A stretch of 64,000 bases of DNA from positions 248,001 through 312,000 of the forward strand of contig CM082584.2 of the NCBI GenBank assembly GCA_040954595.2, read 5' to 3'. Positions 24,870-37,224 of the stretch are shown here, one piece after another. Origin of the DNA: Balanoglossus misakiensis. Taxonomy: Eukaryota > Animalia > Hemichordata. The stretch's first letter is position 1. Each line of letters opens with the position of its first letter. A program made the position numbers and the translations under genes. A model generated the notes under the pieces. That model made no database searches, was not told the DNA's origin, and saw nothing but the letters and a program-made list of their open reading frames with translations.

Positions 24870-25050
24870 CTCTTTGTGGCTGTGAATCAGTACCTGACCA
24901 TCTCTAGGGTTTGGAGTTGATAGGATTCACATCAGCAATTGGTGGAGTCTTACTGAACTGACTAGCATTTGCCATTTGCATGATACCTTCTACGGCTTTC
25001 AGTGCAGCAGCTGGTGCCTGCTGGGAAGTCATCTTTGGTGGTGAAATTGC
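24870..25050 (-). pseudogene. MED25 linker (SD1-like) exon with in-frame stop
   Basis: tttttggacag acceptor, GTAGGT donor: AISPPKMTSQQAPAAALKAVEGIMQMANASQFSKTPPIADVNPINSKP*RWSGTDSQPQR; weak similarity to recalled AAQVAAQNAVEAAK. Confidence 0.6.
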
Positions 25051-25481
25051 CTGTCCAAAAAGAGTAACAAACCTAGTTAGTATGGAGCATTATCAAGGCC
25101 AGTATTCAAACCACCATGTTTAATTCATGACTTCCAATTTTTAATTCGATGTTGAACTTGCAACTCTTGAAGTCCCATTTTCAACACACACACCGACATT
25201 TGGACAGGATTGGGTTTAGGCTTTTCACATTAATCTCATTAAAATTGGAATTGATCTCTGAGTCTGTGGCATTATCCAAATAAGTCTTTGCATTGACAGA
25301 GTGGGCTTCTAGCAACCAAAACAGAAGTTTTGAATGTGTTTTGAAAAAAATAGTCTACTTTAAAGGCAATGGTAAGACAAGGCTATGTGAAACAGTCAAA
25401 AAAAGCTTTCAATTCACAGGATGGGTAACTAGAAACAGCTAATTTAAATCTCATAAAGTAGAAGATAGACCACAAGTGTAC

Positions 25482-25732
25482 CTGGGTGGATGAAAATTGT
25501 CTCATGGAGATACTTGAAACAGTCACATTGGGATGTGTCCTGCTTGCTGTGACAGTGGATACTGGTTGGTTTGGAAAAGCGGTAGGCTGGGCAGAAGGCA
25601 TTGATGTCCTTTGAACTTGGCCCTGCATCTGGGGCTGACTTGGTTGAGTCAGTTTCTGTTGAGAGGACGACAGTTTTTTGTGGAGACTGACTTCCAATTT
25701 GACTTGGTTGTCCAGGTGACATGTGACAGATG
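25482..25732 (-). pseudogene. Q/P/S/T-rich exon (MED25 linker by position), open, phase 1-0
   Basis: 251 bp: ...SSSQQKLTQPSQPQMQGQVQRTSMPSAQPTAFPNQPVSTV...FSSTQ; phase-compatible with both neighbours. Confidence 0.55.
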
Positions 25733-26221
25733 CTACTCAAGGCATATACAAATACAAGATGGCGTAACTGAATCATAGTAATCTTTCTCATGGTTTTCAT
25801 ACACAGTAAGCTACCATGGGTATACCACACTTAACTACCAAGTCTGGATTTGTTGCAATCTGTCATGGATATCCCATAGGGTACTTTGACAGAGTAAATC
25901 AGACTGCATGAGTATTGGGTGATAAGTAATTATAACTTGGGTAATTAAAATAACCAGTGCCTGGGAAAGTCATTAAAACCTGCAACTTGATTTGACTTGG
26001 TCAGCCTATAAGTGCTTCCCACTTGTTACAACTTAGGATACATCTGATTAAAGCCCATGAGGCTAAGTGATGTTTTTTTCAGGAGGTGCCCCTGCCTGAA
26101 ATAAACATACCTTGGCAGAGCAGCTTTACATAATTCTACTATATATCACACTTCACTTGGAGGTGTAATTATGTGCGGACTTAATTTGACAATGGCTGGG
26201 AAGCAACACTGGAGACTTTAC

Positions 26222-26407
26222 CTGGAGATGATCTTCCAACAGTTGATTTGAGAGGATTTGAGGTCATACCAGAGGTAGGCCCTGTAACCATGGTAACTGT
26301 TGATGCAGGTTTCCGTGGATGCGTTGTGGTAGTGGTTGTAGTGGTTGCTATGGTTGTAGGTTTCACTATGGCATCCTCTTTCGTATCACCACTAGACACA
26401 GATTTTT
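26222..26407 (-). pseudogene. Thr/Ser-rich exon (MED25 linker by position), open, phase 1-1
   Basis: tgtttcag acceptor, GTAAAG donor, 186 bp: EKSVSSGDTKEDAIVKPTTIATTTTTTTHPRKPAST...GRSSP. Confidence 0.6.
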
Positions 26408-27853
26408 CTGAAACACAATCATTACAAAAATGGAGGATTATAGAGTTGATGTAAAATTCTGCTGTGGATTCACACAATGTCACGAAACTTGTCTTGAACC
26501 TGTACCAGTGTTTCATCCAGGATTTAACCATGGAAACTGATTGCCCACCTTCCAACAATTTTCAGGAGGATGTGTAATTCATTGGCCAAGCATTGAAATG
26601 ATGGGGAATAATAGGCTTGGCTTGTGCAAGTACTGCAACAGAATACACTGCATCACTCGCGAAATAACTTCTGTAAGCCTCAGATCGTGTGCAGAGGTCA
26701 TGAAGTTCTGGCATATTTAGTATTAGCCAACCAAGAGCGAATAATAATATGTGATGTGTAATAAATATTAATAAAAATATTACAACCATTTTACGGAAGT
26801 ACCGATTTAGGGTAATGAAAATTTTAACAACCACAAAAAAGGTGTTCTACATCACCACAATATGATGAATTGGTTGTCAATGGCCATGTAAACAAGTTGT
26901 ATATTTGTCCTTTGAACTTTAGAATCTGGATTTTATGATTTCAAATATTTGCTTAGCAACAGATACCCAAGCAGTCACGCAGTTACACCCATTGGAAAAT
27001 GGTATCACCCACACCAAGGTGGGTGGAAGTTGGTCCTGGTGCTTTTTTTCCCATGATTCAAATTACAGTAAACGCCATATTAGAAATTCTGCCAACTTTC
27101 CCTCGATTTTGTAAAACAATCTGACGACTTATACATGACGAATATTTTTTTTTCTGAAAGAGTGACCTCAAAGCTACCAAATTATGTAGAAATTACCTGG
27201 ACCGGATTTCCCCTTTAAGGATAGATTGTTCAAGACAAAAGTAATGGCTTGAATAGAATATTACATGCACATTTCTATTAAGGACACCTCTCTATTAAAG
27301 GGACAAAGTCTCTCTCTCGCTGCCCATTTTTCCATTAATAATGTTTGATACAAGACACTGTTTATGTTAATGTACATGTGTATATGTAGTGAATGAACGT
27401 TCAACCATACACAACTTCCATCCCGCGTGTATGATATGGGAGTAAAAACTCACCCAAAACGAATAAATGGTAGAGACTGATTATTCATTTTGGCGAGTTT
27501 TTTCACTCTCATGTCCACAAGCAGTATATACTTTGTGTGTGGTTGAATGTTGATTCACTATATATCCACATGTAGAATAACATAAATAGTGTCTTGTAAC
27601 AAATATAATTAATGGAATAAGGGGCAGCGAGCGGGAGAGAGAGCCTGTAACCCTTAAAGGACATGTTGTGTGATCCCAGAGGTGCCCTTACTAGGCAGGT
27701 TTCAATGTACTTTACACGTGAGTTGTACTTTACTGTCGGTATGGAATCATTTCCTGGTTGACATGGTGAGCTTTACATACAGATAAACCACCTCAAAAAG
27801 TGGGGGCTATAACTAGAGAATGATCTTTAACCTCAGAATTTTACCATAATTAC

Positions 27854-27952
27854 CTTGAATATCGTAAACTCTTCATATCGTCAAATAACTGCAATGCAGT
27901 ACTCAGACCTTCAGAAATCATACTGTATTTCTCACCTGCTCCTGACAAAAAT
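27854..27952 (-). pseudogene. MED25: MED25-like VWA domain exon (copy B)
   Basis: 99 bp phase 2-2: [32 protein letters not shown]. Confidence 0.85.
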
Positions 27953-28116
27953 CTGAAATACAACACAGTACAATTATTTAACAAAAGGTGTATGTAAACA
28001 ATGTCTACTCCGATTGTAGACAGATTTTGTTAAACATTTTATGAAACATTTAAAGGTAGGAACCTCTAATAAAAGCCAGTGAGTCAAAGGACAAAACTGA
28101 GACAATGTCCCTTTAA

Positions 28117-28201
28117 CCCTTTCACCCCCAGTTCCTTCTATACAGGTTGAACCTTTTCATAGATAACAATGGGTTTAGACTGAACCTTGGTTGTGAAAGG
28201 G
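28117..28201. mobile_element. 85-bp piggyBac-type MITE
   Basis: TTAA-ccctttcac...gtgaaaggg-TTAA. Confidence 0.7.
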
Positions 28202-28390
28202 TTAATGGGCTTCCATAATGAGTGTTCTTTAAAATAAGAGGGTGTTACTTAAGGGTTATTACACTAAGTTTTGCCGATAACGCATCATATTTGAGTGATG
28301 TCCGTATTATGGACATCACGAGGATGCATCACGTTATCGACCAAACTTAGTGTAATAACCCCTTTATCATACATGAACAGTAACCCATTG

Positions 28391-29775
28391 CCAAGTGTGA
28401 CAGAATGATGCGATCAGGTGATCAACGTATAGGCCGTAGTATCATTCTAAGAGGGTTGGTAGCTTTCATTATGATGGGGCATGTGATTCAGGTCCCCCCC
28501 CCCCATCTACCTTAGCTGAGCTTTGGATCGCTTCGCCAAAGTTTATATGACAAGGGTGTTAGCCCATTCCTATAACATTTGGCTAGCTATATCGTTTATT
28601 ATTAATGAATTAATTAATATGACTGACTGACTGACTGACTGACTTAATGGATGAATGAATCAATCAATCAATCACCCAGACATGGCCTGGAAGGATTCAC
28701 CCCCTGTTGAGATGTTGGCACCCCCTAGCAAATTGTCATGGGTGGGGTGGTCAGTGGCCCTTAAAATGATGTCACTCACATGATAGAGATATTAATTACA
28801 TAACTCTTTTCCAGAGTGTGCTCTATTTACAGTCTGCACTATATACAGATACATGTGTAATGATATTTCAATTACTTTTGGAATCACAGGACAGTAGAAA
28901 GGTTGATTGAACAAAAGGTTTTTGAAATTCACTCACCATGTATTGGAACAGCTCTTACAGACATCACATCATCATTCAACGCTAAATCTTCGTAACTTTT
29001 ACATACTGTTAATATAAATATAATTACTTTTCTTTAAATATCATCCAAATATTACAATGTTTCTAGCAATTTCATAAACTGCATTAAGATAATACTGTGT
29101 GTATGATATATACTTTGTGGATAGGATACAGATCTTTGCTTATTACCAAGAATATAACACCATGTGTTTGGATTTTAAATGCAGTTCGGAGCTGACTGTG
29201 TTGCATTTTGACTGCAAAATTAAAATATTTAGTTACATTTCCTTGCATTTAGTGTTGAAAATGTCACTTTTAGCTTTAAAATGAGCACTGATATCTATGG
29301 AACTAGGAGAATTGTGCTTTCTACAACATACAATATTTACATTTAATCAAACAACAGGAGGATATTTGACAGTCAATCAATAAATATGACATACATATGA
29401 GTTGCATGTACAAAACTAGACACATGTATGCATGTGATATTTAAAGGGACATTAACTGTAACATATGCTCTACCCAGAACTCCACTTGTCAACATAATCT
29501 GTATGTGTGTAACGGCTATTTAAATGAATTCTAGTCCAGACTTGAATTCAAATTTAGAATAACAATACTGACTAGACACACCTATATTTCATCATGATTC
29601 AGGGATCTGAAGAAGACACTGCAGTAAATACTTAAAACAAAAATATTGAAAACAAAGTGAAAAGTTGTACAGCTAATGAAGCTTGAAATATGTTCAGACA
29701 CAAGTAGAACAGGCAATGAAAACACATTATAAACATTGAGAAAAACACCCAAAGTAACATGTACTACCGGTATCT
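28391..29775. repeat. Duplicated block (direct copy at 60481-61863)
   Basis: Near-identical sequence, including identical ORFs 29099-29284 and 61184-61369. Confidence 0.92.
28937..29005 (-). CDS. Candidate 69-bp phase 1-1 exon, unknown product
   Basis: ttaacag acceptor, GTGAGT donor: CKSYEDLALNDDVMSVRAVPIH; copy at 61022-61090. Confidence 0.4.
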
Positions 29776-29989
29776 ATGGGGGCTGTTCTGGTCAAAATTG
29801 TAGTTTATTACTAAAACATGTTAGAATTAATTTTATAAAGCCTGGAATTAATTTTACCAGTATGTAGAATTATTTTTTATGTGCTTTAATTATCTTTTGT
29901 AGTCATGCAGAAATCATTTTATGTGTTCTAAATAATTATTTTAGCTTATCTTTGTTAGAAATAATTTTGCCAACAATATCTCAAATAAT

Positions 29990-30150
29990 TTTTACGTGTA
30001 CAATCGAATTAATTACAGGTGTAGTGTCGAATTAATTTTACGTGTTGTGTCGAATTAATTTCACGTGTAGTGTCGAATTAATATCACCTGTTTGGTCAAA
30101 TTAATTTCACGTGTTGTGTCGAATTATTTTACGTTGTGTCGAATTAATAT
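29990..30150. repeat. About 29-bp minisatellite
   Basis: Repeated gtgtcgaattaatt(t)tcacgtg. Confidence 0.75.
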
Positions 30151-30294
30151 TGCCCTTAGAATCCTTTCCGCGTAAATCAAGATGGCGGCGGCTGAGCATG
30201 TCTTTCTCGCTGCATAAAGTTCAAAAAGGGGCCGTTGTACAAGTTGTGAGACGTTTTGGGGCGATTTGCTGTCTAATATAAATGCAGTGTGCTC

Positions 30295-31710
30295 GAAAAC
30301 GACGATCGGTGCACGAGTTTTGGTCTACAGACAGAATTTTCTAGTCAAACCACTCAAAACCACTACCAGTTGGTGTAATCGCCAGCCTTGCTATGGTATT
30401 GCCTAGCTCTGCGTACAGTGTTCTTGGCGTGGAGGCCGTGTAACGCCGGGAACACACAGACCTGTACGCAGAGCTAGCTGTTGCCCCGCGTTGCCAGTTC
30501 ACCTAGATTGAATAAATTTTGACATCTGAAAATACGAAAATTGTGTTAATTTGTTATTTCCCGAACTAAGAAATAGCTGTAGGGCCAGACCCTGGGAAAC
30601 GACAAATAAAGTATTCCTTAATATTTCCTTGTAAACTCAAGTTTTGTGTAAATAAATTTGAATTAAAAGGACAAAGTCTCTCTCTACATAACCATATTTA
30701 TTGGAAATTTGATAGCTTGCATTCTAGATTTACCTCTGGAGGGGGGGCAGGGGCAAGAGAATTCAATTTTTTTACCGCTAAATTTCACATGCCCACCGTA
30801 CACAACGAGAAATATTTTCAAATCCCCCCTTCCGAACTGCCAAAAATTTGAAATTCCCCCATTGTGTCCAAACACATCACCTATCTATCTTGTAAAAAAG
30901 AAAAACTTGTTTTTATTTTTTAAGTATTTGTATTCTGTGCTGGGAGACATTGAAAAACCGAGAATTGAAGGGGATTTTATAAAATACAGAGCTCAAAGCT
31001 GCATTTTAATGAACCTGGCAAAAGCAAATTAACTCAACTACCGGTATGTTGGGGAGGACAAATTTAACTGTCGCCGCTCAAAGTTATCATTGGGTGGGGG
31101 CAAGACCCCTGACCTGGGACACTAGCTAAACCAGTCAATGATTGAAAGGTGTTGATGAATGGAGGGGGTGGGTATTAGAAAATTTTGTAAAATAAAGGGC
31201 GCAAAACTGTATTTTTGTGGACTCAAAATAAATATTTAGTCGTCAAAGTTTTCAAGTCGCCCCTTTCAGTCCCTAAATTATTTCAAATTCCCCCCTTACA
31301 TACCCTCAATTTTTTTTCAAATCCCCCCCTCAATTCTCCCCCCCCCCCCTGCAGAGGTGTTTGTGAATGCAGCCCTACTGTCTATGTATCTCTGTTTACG
31401 TCTATGGTGTGGGGTAACACAGAAACATAAACAAGTACAGAGATTGTTCAGCAAGTAATGTTAATTGTAGAAAAAAGTATATCAGAACAGCGTTAATGCA
31501 AAGTTCCTCAAGAAAGAGGGACTTTAGTGCTTAATGTTAACAGCTCCTTATGGTGTAACTAGGCCTTTACCGATACCGGCGATGCCTCCACACCATAGTA
31601 CCACAGCTCACTAGCATTGCCATAGGCAATGCTGGCGATTATCCCAACTGCGTAGTGACTAGAAAATTCTGTCTGTAGACCAAAACTCGTGCACCGATCG
31701 CCGTTTTCTA
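30295..31710. mobile_element. Inverted-repeat-bounded element with nested MITE fragments
   Basis: 30300-30400 is the reverse complement of 31610-31705. Contains a 73-bp TAG...CTA hairpin (30404-30476) and a truncated Harbinger MITE (30730-31375). Confidence 0.55.
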
Positions 31711-33451
31711 GCACGGAAGAAAACGCCTAGAAAACGCCGTTTTCTAGGAGGAAGAGCTCCCTGTGGTCTTCCCATAAACGTTGGAATCACACTGCAGTGG
31801 TCGCCTGATTCAACCAGTAAAGGTCACATGAGGTCATCAATTGTTGTCGGTTTTCTGGTTGAATATTCTCTGAAAGCACGCCTTAACATTGATATTTTGC
31901 AATTGGTGTCAGTAGTCATGAACTTTAATGTATGGAGCATCACTCGGCCCCAGTTACTGAGTTGCGATAGGGCGAAATCAACAGCGGAAACTGATTGTCG
32001 ATCGTCTATGTCTCAAGCTTACCTTGTTTACGGACTGAATCAGGGGACTGCAGCAGCGTTATTTCGACGAATGTGATTCTACCCACACATTAAGTCGTGA
32101 AAACTATCTGTGATATCTTAAAACACACTAAATACTGTAATGTTTCAATACTCACTGCGCCAAATATGTATATAGGAATAATGATGGTGGACAGTGTGGG
32201 GGGCATGACTTGCAGAAAACAGCTGGTTGCTCGCTCCTTGGCTTCGCATGTTTTCCGCTATTCTTTCACAGAAATATTGACACTGTCCTGGATGTGTAAC
32301 GAACACTGGCCAAGTAACGTCCATAGAAAAGGCGACATTGGAGTTGACGACAGAAAAAATGTGCCATTAAAACGAACTGGCAGATTCGCTAGCCTGCATC
32401 TCAAATGTGTTTACAACGAAGACGCTGTAAGGGGTCAAAGTCTACGGGTCGAAGGTCAGCAACAGCGTCCTCGTGGGGTATATTCTGCGGGACAATCCCT
32501 CTTTCTGGAGTGTCCAACGGAAGAAGCGGGTGGGTCTGCTTCTTCCGCTGCACTCTTTTTTGGGAGCGCAGCGGAAGAAGCAGAGGGGTCTGGGTAACCA
32601 AACTTGTTATCTGAGGTATACAAGAAACTTGAGTAAACAAGAGACAATTTCAAAGATCTTTGAAAACACAGATGAGAGCGAAATAGGTCGATAATAAAGG
32701 TCGCACCATTCTAGATTTCATGAAGTAATTGTAACTAATAACCTGCAATTGCTGAATTTTAACGAAAAGAAATAAAAAAAATCAACAAACTGACTCTATT
32801 ATGTAACGCTTTGTGTAAATTGGTACATTAGAGTTGAGTTGATATGCCGAATTATTGCAGAATATAACAGGAAATGGGATGGGAGAACCTCAGGCTACCA
32901 TGACTACTGTTAGGCCTAAACACTTTATTTTCGCAAGTTGAAATTTTCGCGATATCGTGAGAGGCCACTGTTTTAATTCCCGAGTTTTAATATTCGCGTT
33001 CTCTTATTTCATTCACTGCATCGTCATCTTCAAAAAAATTACGCGACTTTTTATTTTCACGCTATTTTGGCTTGCGCGTATTTCGCGAAAATTTATTGTC
33101 TTTTACAGCATATACAAAGGAGTGGATTTCAGCTCCTAAAGTCAGGGGGTTCCAACACATTTCAGTTCATTCTACACCCTGTTCTACACTAATAAAGGAG
33201 TTCGTTCCAGAGTGGGGTCCAGCCTGGACTACAGGCCTTGTCCAGTATATCCACGGTTGATCCTTTTTGAAATAAAGTCATAGGCCTATCATTGGCGTTT
33301 AAATCTACTCTACTCGTGTTCCCGTCTCTTCATCAACCGACATTCCGACCAGACTCTACGAATTTATCCCACCAATTATGGGCTGAGGGAAATATTTGCC
33401 ATTTGGGGACAATTTTCTCTCCAAAATCGGCATGATCGGTACATAATGTTA

Positions 33452-34065
33452 GGGAGCATTCGTTTTTTACAGGGAGGGGGGGGGGCGGTGGAATTTGAGT
33501 CGCCGACTAAATGTAAAAGGCAACCCCCCCCCCTCGAAATTACTTTTCTAAAATGTGTCCCCCCCCCCCTAAATTCTTCAATTGTAAAATGTGACCCCCC
33601 CCAAAAAAAGAGTTTATCCTCCGGATTAAACTTGAAATACCCCCCCCCCAGTTTCTTTCACAGAGCAAAACACATCACCGCTATATCTTGTAAAAAAGAA
33701 AAACAGCGCTCCCATGAAAAGAATTTGAAACCAATGTTTCCCCTCATCATCAAAACTGAACACTGTTTTTATTTTTTAAGTATTTGTATTCTGTGTTGGG
33801 AGACATTGTAAACCGAGAATTGAAGGGGTGGGTTTGGGACCCACATTACAAAATTTTGTAAAATAAAGGGCGTGAAACTGCATTTTGTGGACTCAAAATA
33901 AATATTTAGCCGTCAAAGTTTCAGTCAAGTCCCCCCCTTTCAGTCCCTATATAATAATCCCTTGATTATAAAATTTGTCCCCCCCTAAAAACTGCTTTGT
34001 AAAAGTAAACCCTCCTCCCTGATTTCCACCGCCCCCCCCCCTCCCTGTAAAAAACGAATGCTCCC
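33452..34065. mobile_element. PIF/Harbinger-type MITE
   Basis: TIR gggagcattcgttttttacagggaggggg; TTA TSD on both sides. Confidence 0.85.
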
Positions 34066-35329
34066 TTACGCATCCGAGCCTACTCGGTGTGAAAAAATGT
34101 TGATTCTGTAGGCCAGTGTAGGCCTAAATTGCTATCAAATACAAGTTTTAAATATCTCAAAATTCATGTTTGGGAATAAAACTTTTGCAGAGTTCGTCTA
34201 TTAAAATATGAAAAGACGTTTTACTTTTACAGTTTTACTTTCCAGTACTGGTCTGTTCCCCCGCCCATTCCCACGCTGACTGCGCTATAGGCTAAAAGGA
34301 AAGGATGGCTTTGCTCGTCACCGTGACTGTAGCGAAAGGGAATCGCTATATAACATCCGCTGTATTAGATACACTGCCCGGGGAAACTTTCATAGCAGTC
34401 TGGGCCATCTGGCCTTATATATTACACGGCTTGCAATGAACACTCGTACTTGGAGCCAGCTGACAAAAAAAACAAAACATGGCCTTGGGGGCGCTGTATA
34501 GTCGTGGTGTCATGGCGGGGCGATTTGAATCTCTGACTTCCATCGGTCGGATTGAATGGATCGCGAAGCCCTCAAAATGGAATATTATTCCTGAAATACT
34601 GCTTCCAAGTATTCGCCAGGGTCCAGGTGCAAGTTTTATCATGAACAGTTCAAGTTTCTTGTGTATTTCTAGCGCAGGCAGTGGAAGTTGTCCAACGTAA
34701 TGGAATTTTACACGATTGCGTCACAAGGTGTCATGGCGGACTTTATCTCTCTGACGAGAATATTCGGGATGGATGCCGTCACTGAACGCGAAGAATAGTA
34801 TATTATGATTTGTGTGCGCGTTTGAATCCAAATGTTATGCTGGAGTCCCTCTGAAGATGTTACACAGTGTGCATGGAATATCGTTGGTCGACTTGAACGT
34901 TTCAGTGAGTACATTAGGTCCTATTTAATTAAATTTAATATCGTGTTTACGAAAAAACATGCCGTGACATAATTTGTGACCCCGGCCAGCATTGACGAAG
35001 GATTCAATTTTATTACACATATTCATAGTAAGCGAAAAATTGGGTTTCAGATGCATTTTTAGGCTTTTTATATCATAATAACGAGTTTGTATGAATGTTT
35101 ACTCATAGTCGTATTCATACAACAAGCTAAATAGTCAGTAGTTCCATAGCAAACCAAAACTATCCATATAAAGCATGACTAGACAAATTTCTATCCGAGC
35201 AATTACAACTTGAATTTCACTAGAGTAGCAACGCTCATAAAGTTGACTGAAACGTTGTGTTTAGGTCCCATGGTATGTATGTCAATCCAAATAAAAAAAC
35301 TTGGAAACCACTTGGCATATAACCTTGAT

Positions 35330-36140
35330 ATAAACGAAGTCGTCATTCTCAAAAATATGCAAATTAGCTTGAAAATGTGAAATTGGTCAAAACTCCAAAA
35401 CTCAACAACTATTGGGCAAATTGCTTTGAAAATTGGTATGAATGTACCTTATGTCAACCACTGAACCTCATACAGTCCTCAAAATTTTAGTTAATATCAT
35501 GAATTTTCTATTTTTATGAAGATTTTAGTCTTTTTTTTATATTATAGACTGTAAACAATCATGGGTTGATTGCTTTAAAATTTATTATGAAGCTTCCAAT
35601 AGGTAATCTAAGTCATTTTTTCCAGTTTGTTGCATAATTTGCATATTTGTAATTTTTGGGTAATTTTTATGATTTTTTGTAAAAAATCATTTCTCTGAAA
35701 CCTCTTGTCCAGAATCATTAGGATTTTGGTAGGCATGTTCCTAGGGATAACCCAAGTAAGCTGTCGTACATACCTTGTTGGTGAAATTTCCATATTCGTG
35801 TTCTTGGGGCAATTTTGGGGGATTTTGCGCAAAAAAATTGTTTTCTATGAAACCGTTTGTCAGATTGCTTTGTATTTTTGTAGGCACATTCCTTATGGTG
35901 ATTGAAGTAAGACATTGTACAATTCTGGTGATATTTGCATTCTTGTGTTTTTACCACTTTTGAAGCAATATTGCTGTGACATTTTGTGGGAATTATCATG
36001 TGGGAACTCAAGTAGGTAATGAAAAGTGTTGGTGAAATTTGTGTTCTTAGGGCAATTTTTGGTGTTTTGGGTCTTAATTAGGGACCCAAGCGCCTAAGGG
36101 CGCTTGGGTCCCTACTGTAATTACTGGAGTTTTTTTTTCT
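35330..36140. mobile_element. Repeat region with a Helentron/HINE-like terminal stem-loop
   Basis: Perfect stem gggacccaagcgcc-taag-ggcgcttgggtccc (about 36080-36111) followed by a T-rich tract; upstream sequence related to 12526-13580. Confidence 0.45.
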
Positions 36141-36879
36141 TTTTTCTTGAGTCATTTTAATTTTTTGTTCACCTAGATCTCAGAAACTGCGCTTCTGAAC
36201 CTTGGCATATAAAGGTTGGCAAACACATCTGGTCACTGATAACATACTTTGTATAAATAGTGGGACTTTTTTGTTTTGGTTATGTAAATGTCTCCATACA
36301 CAATATTTTTAGCCTGTCAATATGATTTTTCCACAGCGGACACAATGTGTGTTTGTGCTGTGGTGAATCTAGGATCAGAGATTTGAGGTCATTTTTGCCG
36401 GTGGTCTCCACTTTAAGGGCCTTTTGATAATGAGAGGGACATTTTTTCTGTTGCCATTATGACAATCATACTAGTATACAAATATTCATAAAGTAAGGCA
36501 AGATTGAGAGTAAGAATTGCAGAGAATTCCATTGCAGTTTTAGTCTGTACACTGCACTGCAACTACACCCCATGTAAAGTGTAGGAATAAAATTGTGCTA
36601 TCTAATCTTTTTTTCGGTGTGATCATGATTATCAATGATGATTTGTGAAGCATTTTCCAATATTTTACAATGTGAGCTGCTGTTCTGAGTCAATGATCTG
36701 AATTGCACATTTGCATAAAGTTCAAAAGAATAGCACCCTTGATTCAAACACCAACTGTATCATCTTAATGTTGAACTGCCTGTGGTAACATTTTCTGGGC
36801 TTTTACTGAGGAGACTATTGACAATTGACCATGTCTGCGTCTATTCAAGTATTTCAGCATTCTCAGCCTAGGAAGTTAA

Positions 36880-37224
36880 ACGGACAAAGTCTCTCTCTCC
36901 CTGCCCTTTTCCCATTAATTAGGTTTGATACAACACACTGTTTATGTTAATGAACATTTGTATATGTAGTGAATGTACATTCAACAACACACAAATTCCA
37001 TACCACTTGTATGATATGAGAGTGAAAGCTCACCCAAAATGAATAAATGGTAGACACTGATTATTCATTTTGGCGAGTTTTTCACTCTCATGTCTACAAG
37101 CGGGATGGAAGTTGTGTGTTTTTGAACGTTGGTTCACTATATATCCACATATACATTAACATAAACGGTGTCTTGTATCAAACATAATTATTGGGAAAAG
37201 GGTAGCAAAGAGAGACTTTATCCT
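36880..37224. mobile_element. Kolobok-type MITE (family of 4776-5306)
   Basis: TTAA flanks, long TIRs. Confidence 0.78.

Larger units (their letters stand above)
19205..28418. repeat. Segmental duplication copy B of the MED25-fragment/cbEGF cassette
   Basis: Colinear near-identity to 1-5813; retains four linker exons that A lacks. Confidence 0.92.

Noticed and set aside
3100-27952. Calling this the functional MED25 gene
   Set aside because: Several conserved VWA and ACID exons are absent, phases are incompatible, there are stops, frameshifts and a dead acceptor, and no start exon was found.
30178-30192. YY1-type motif aagatggcggcg as a promoter
   Set aside because: Lies among repeats with no linked first exon; such motifs are common in TEs.
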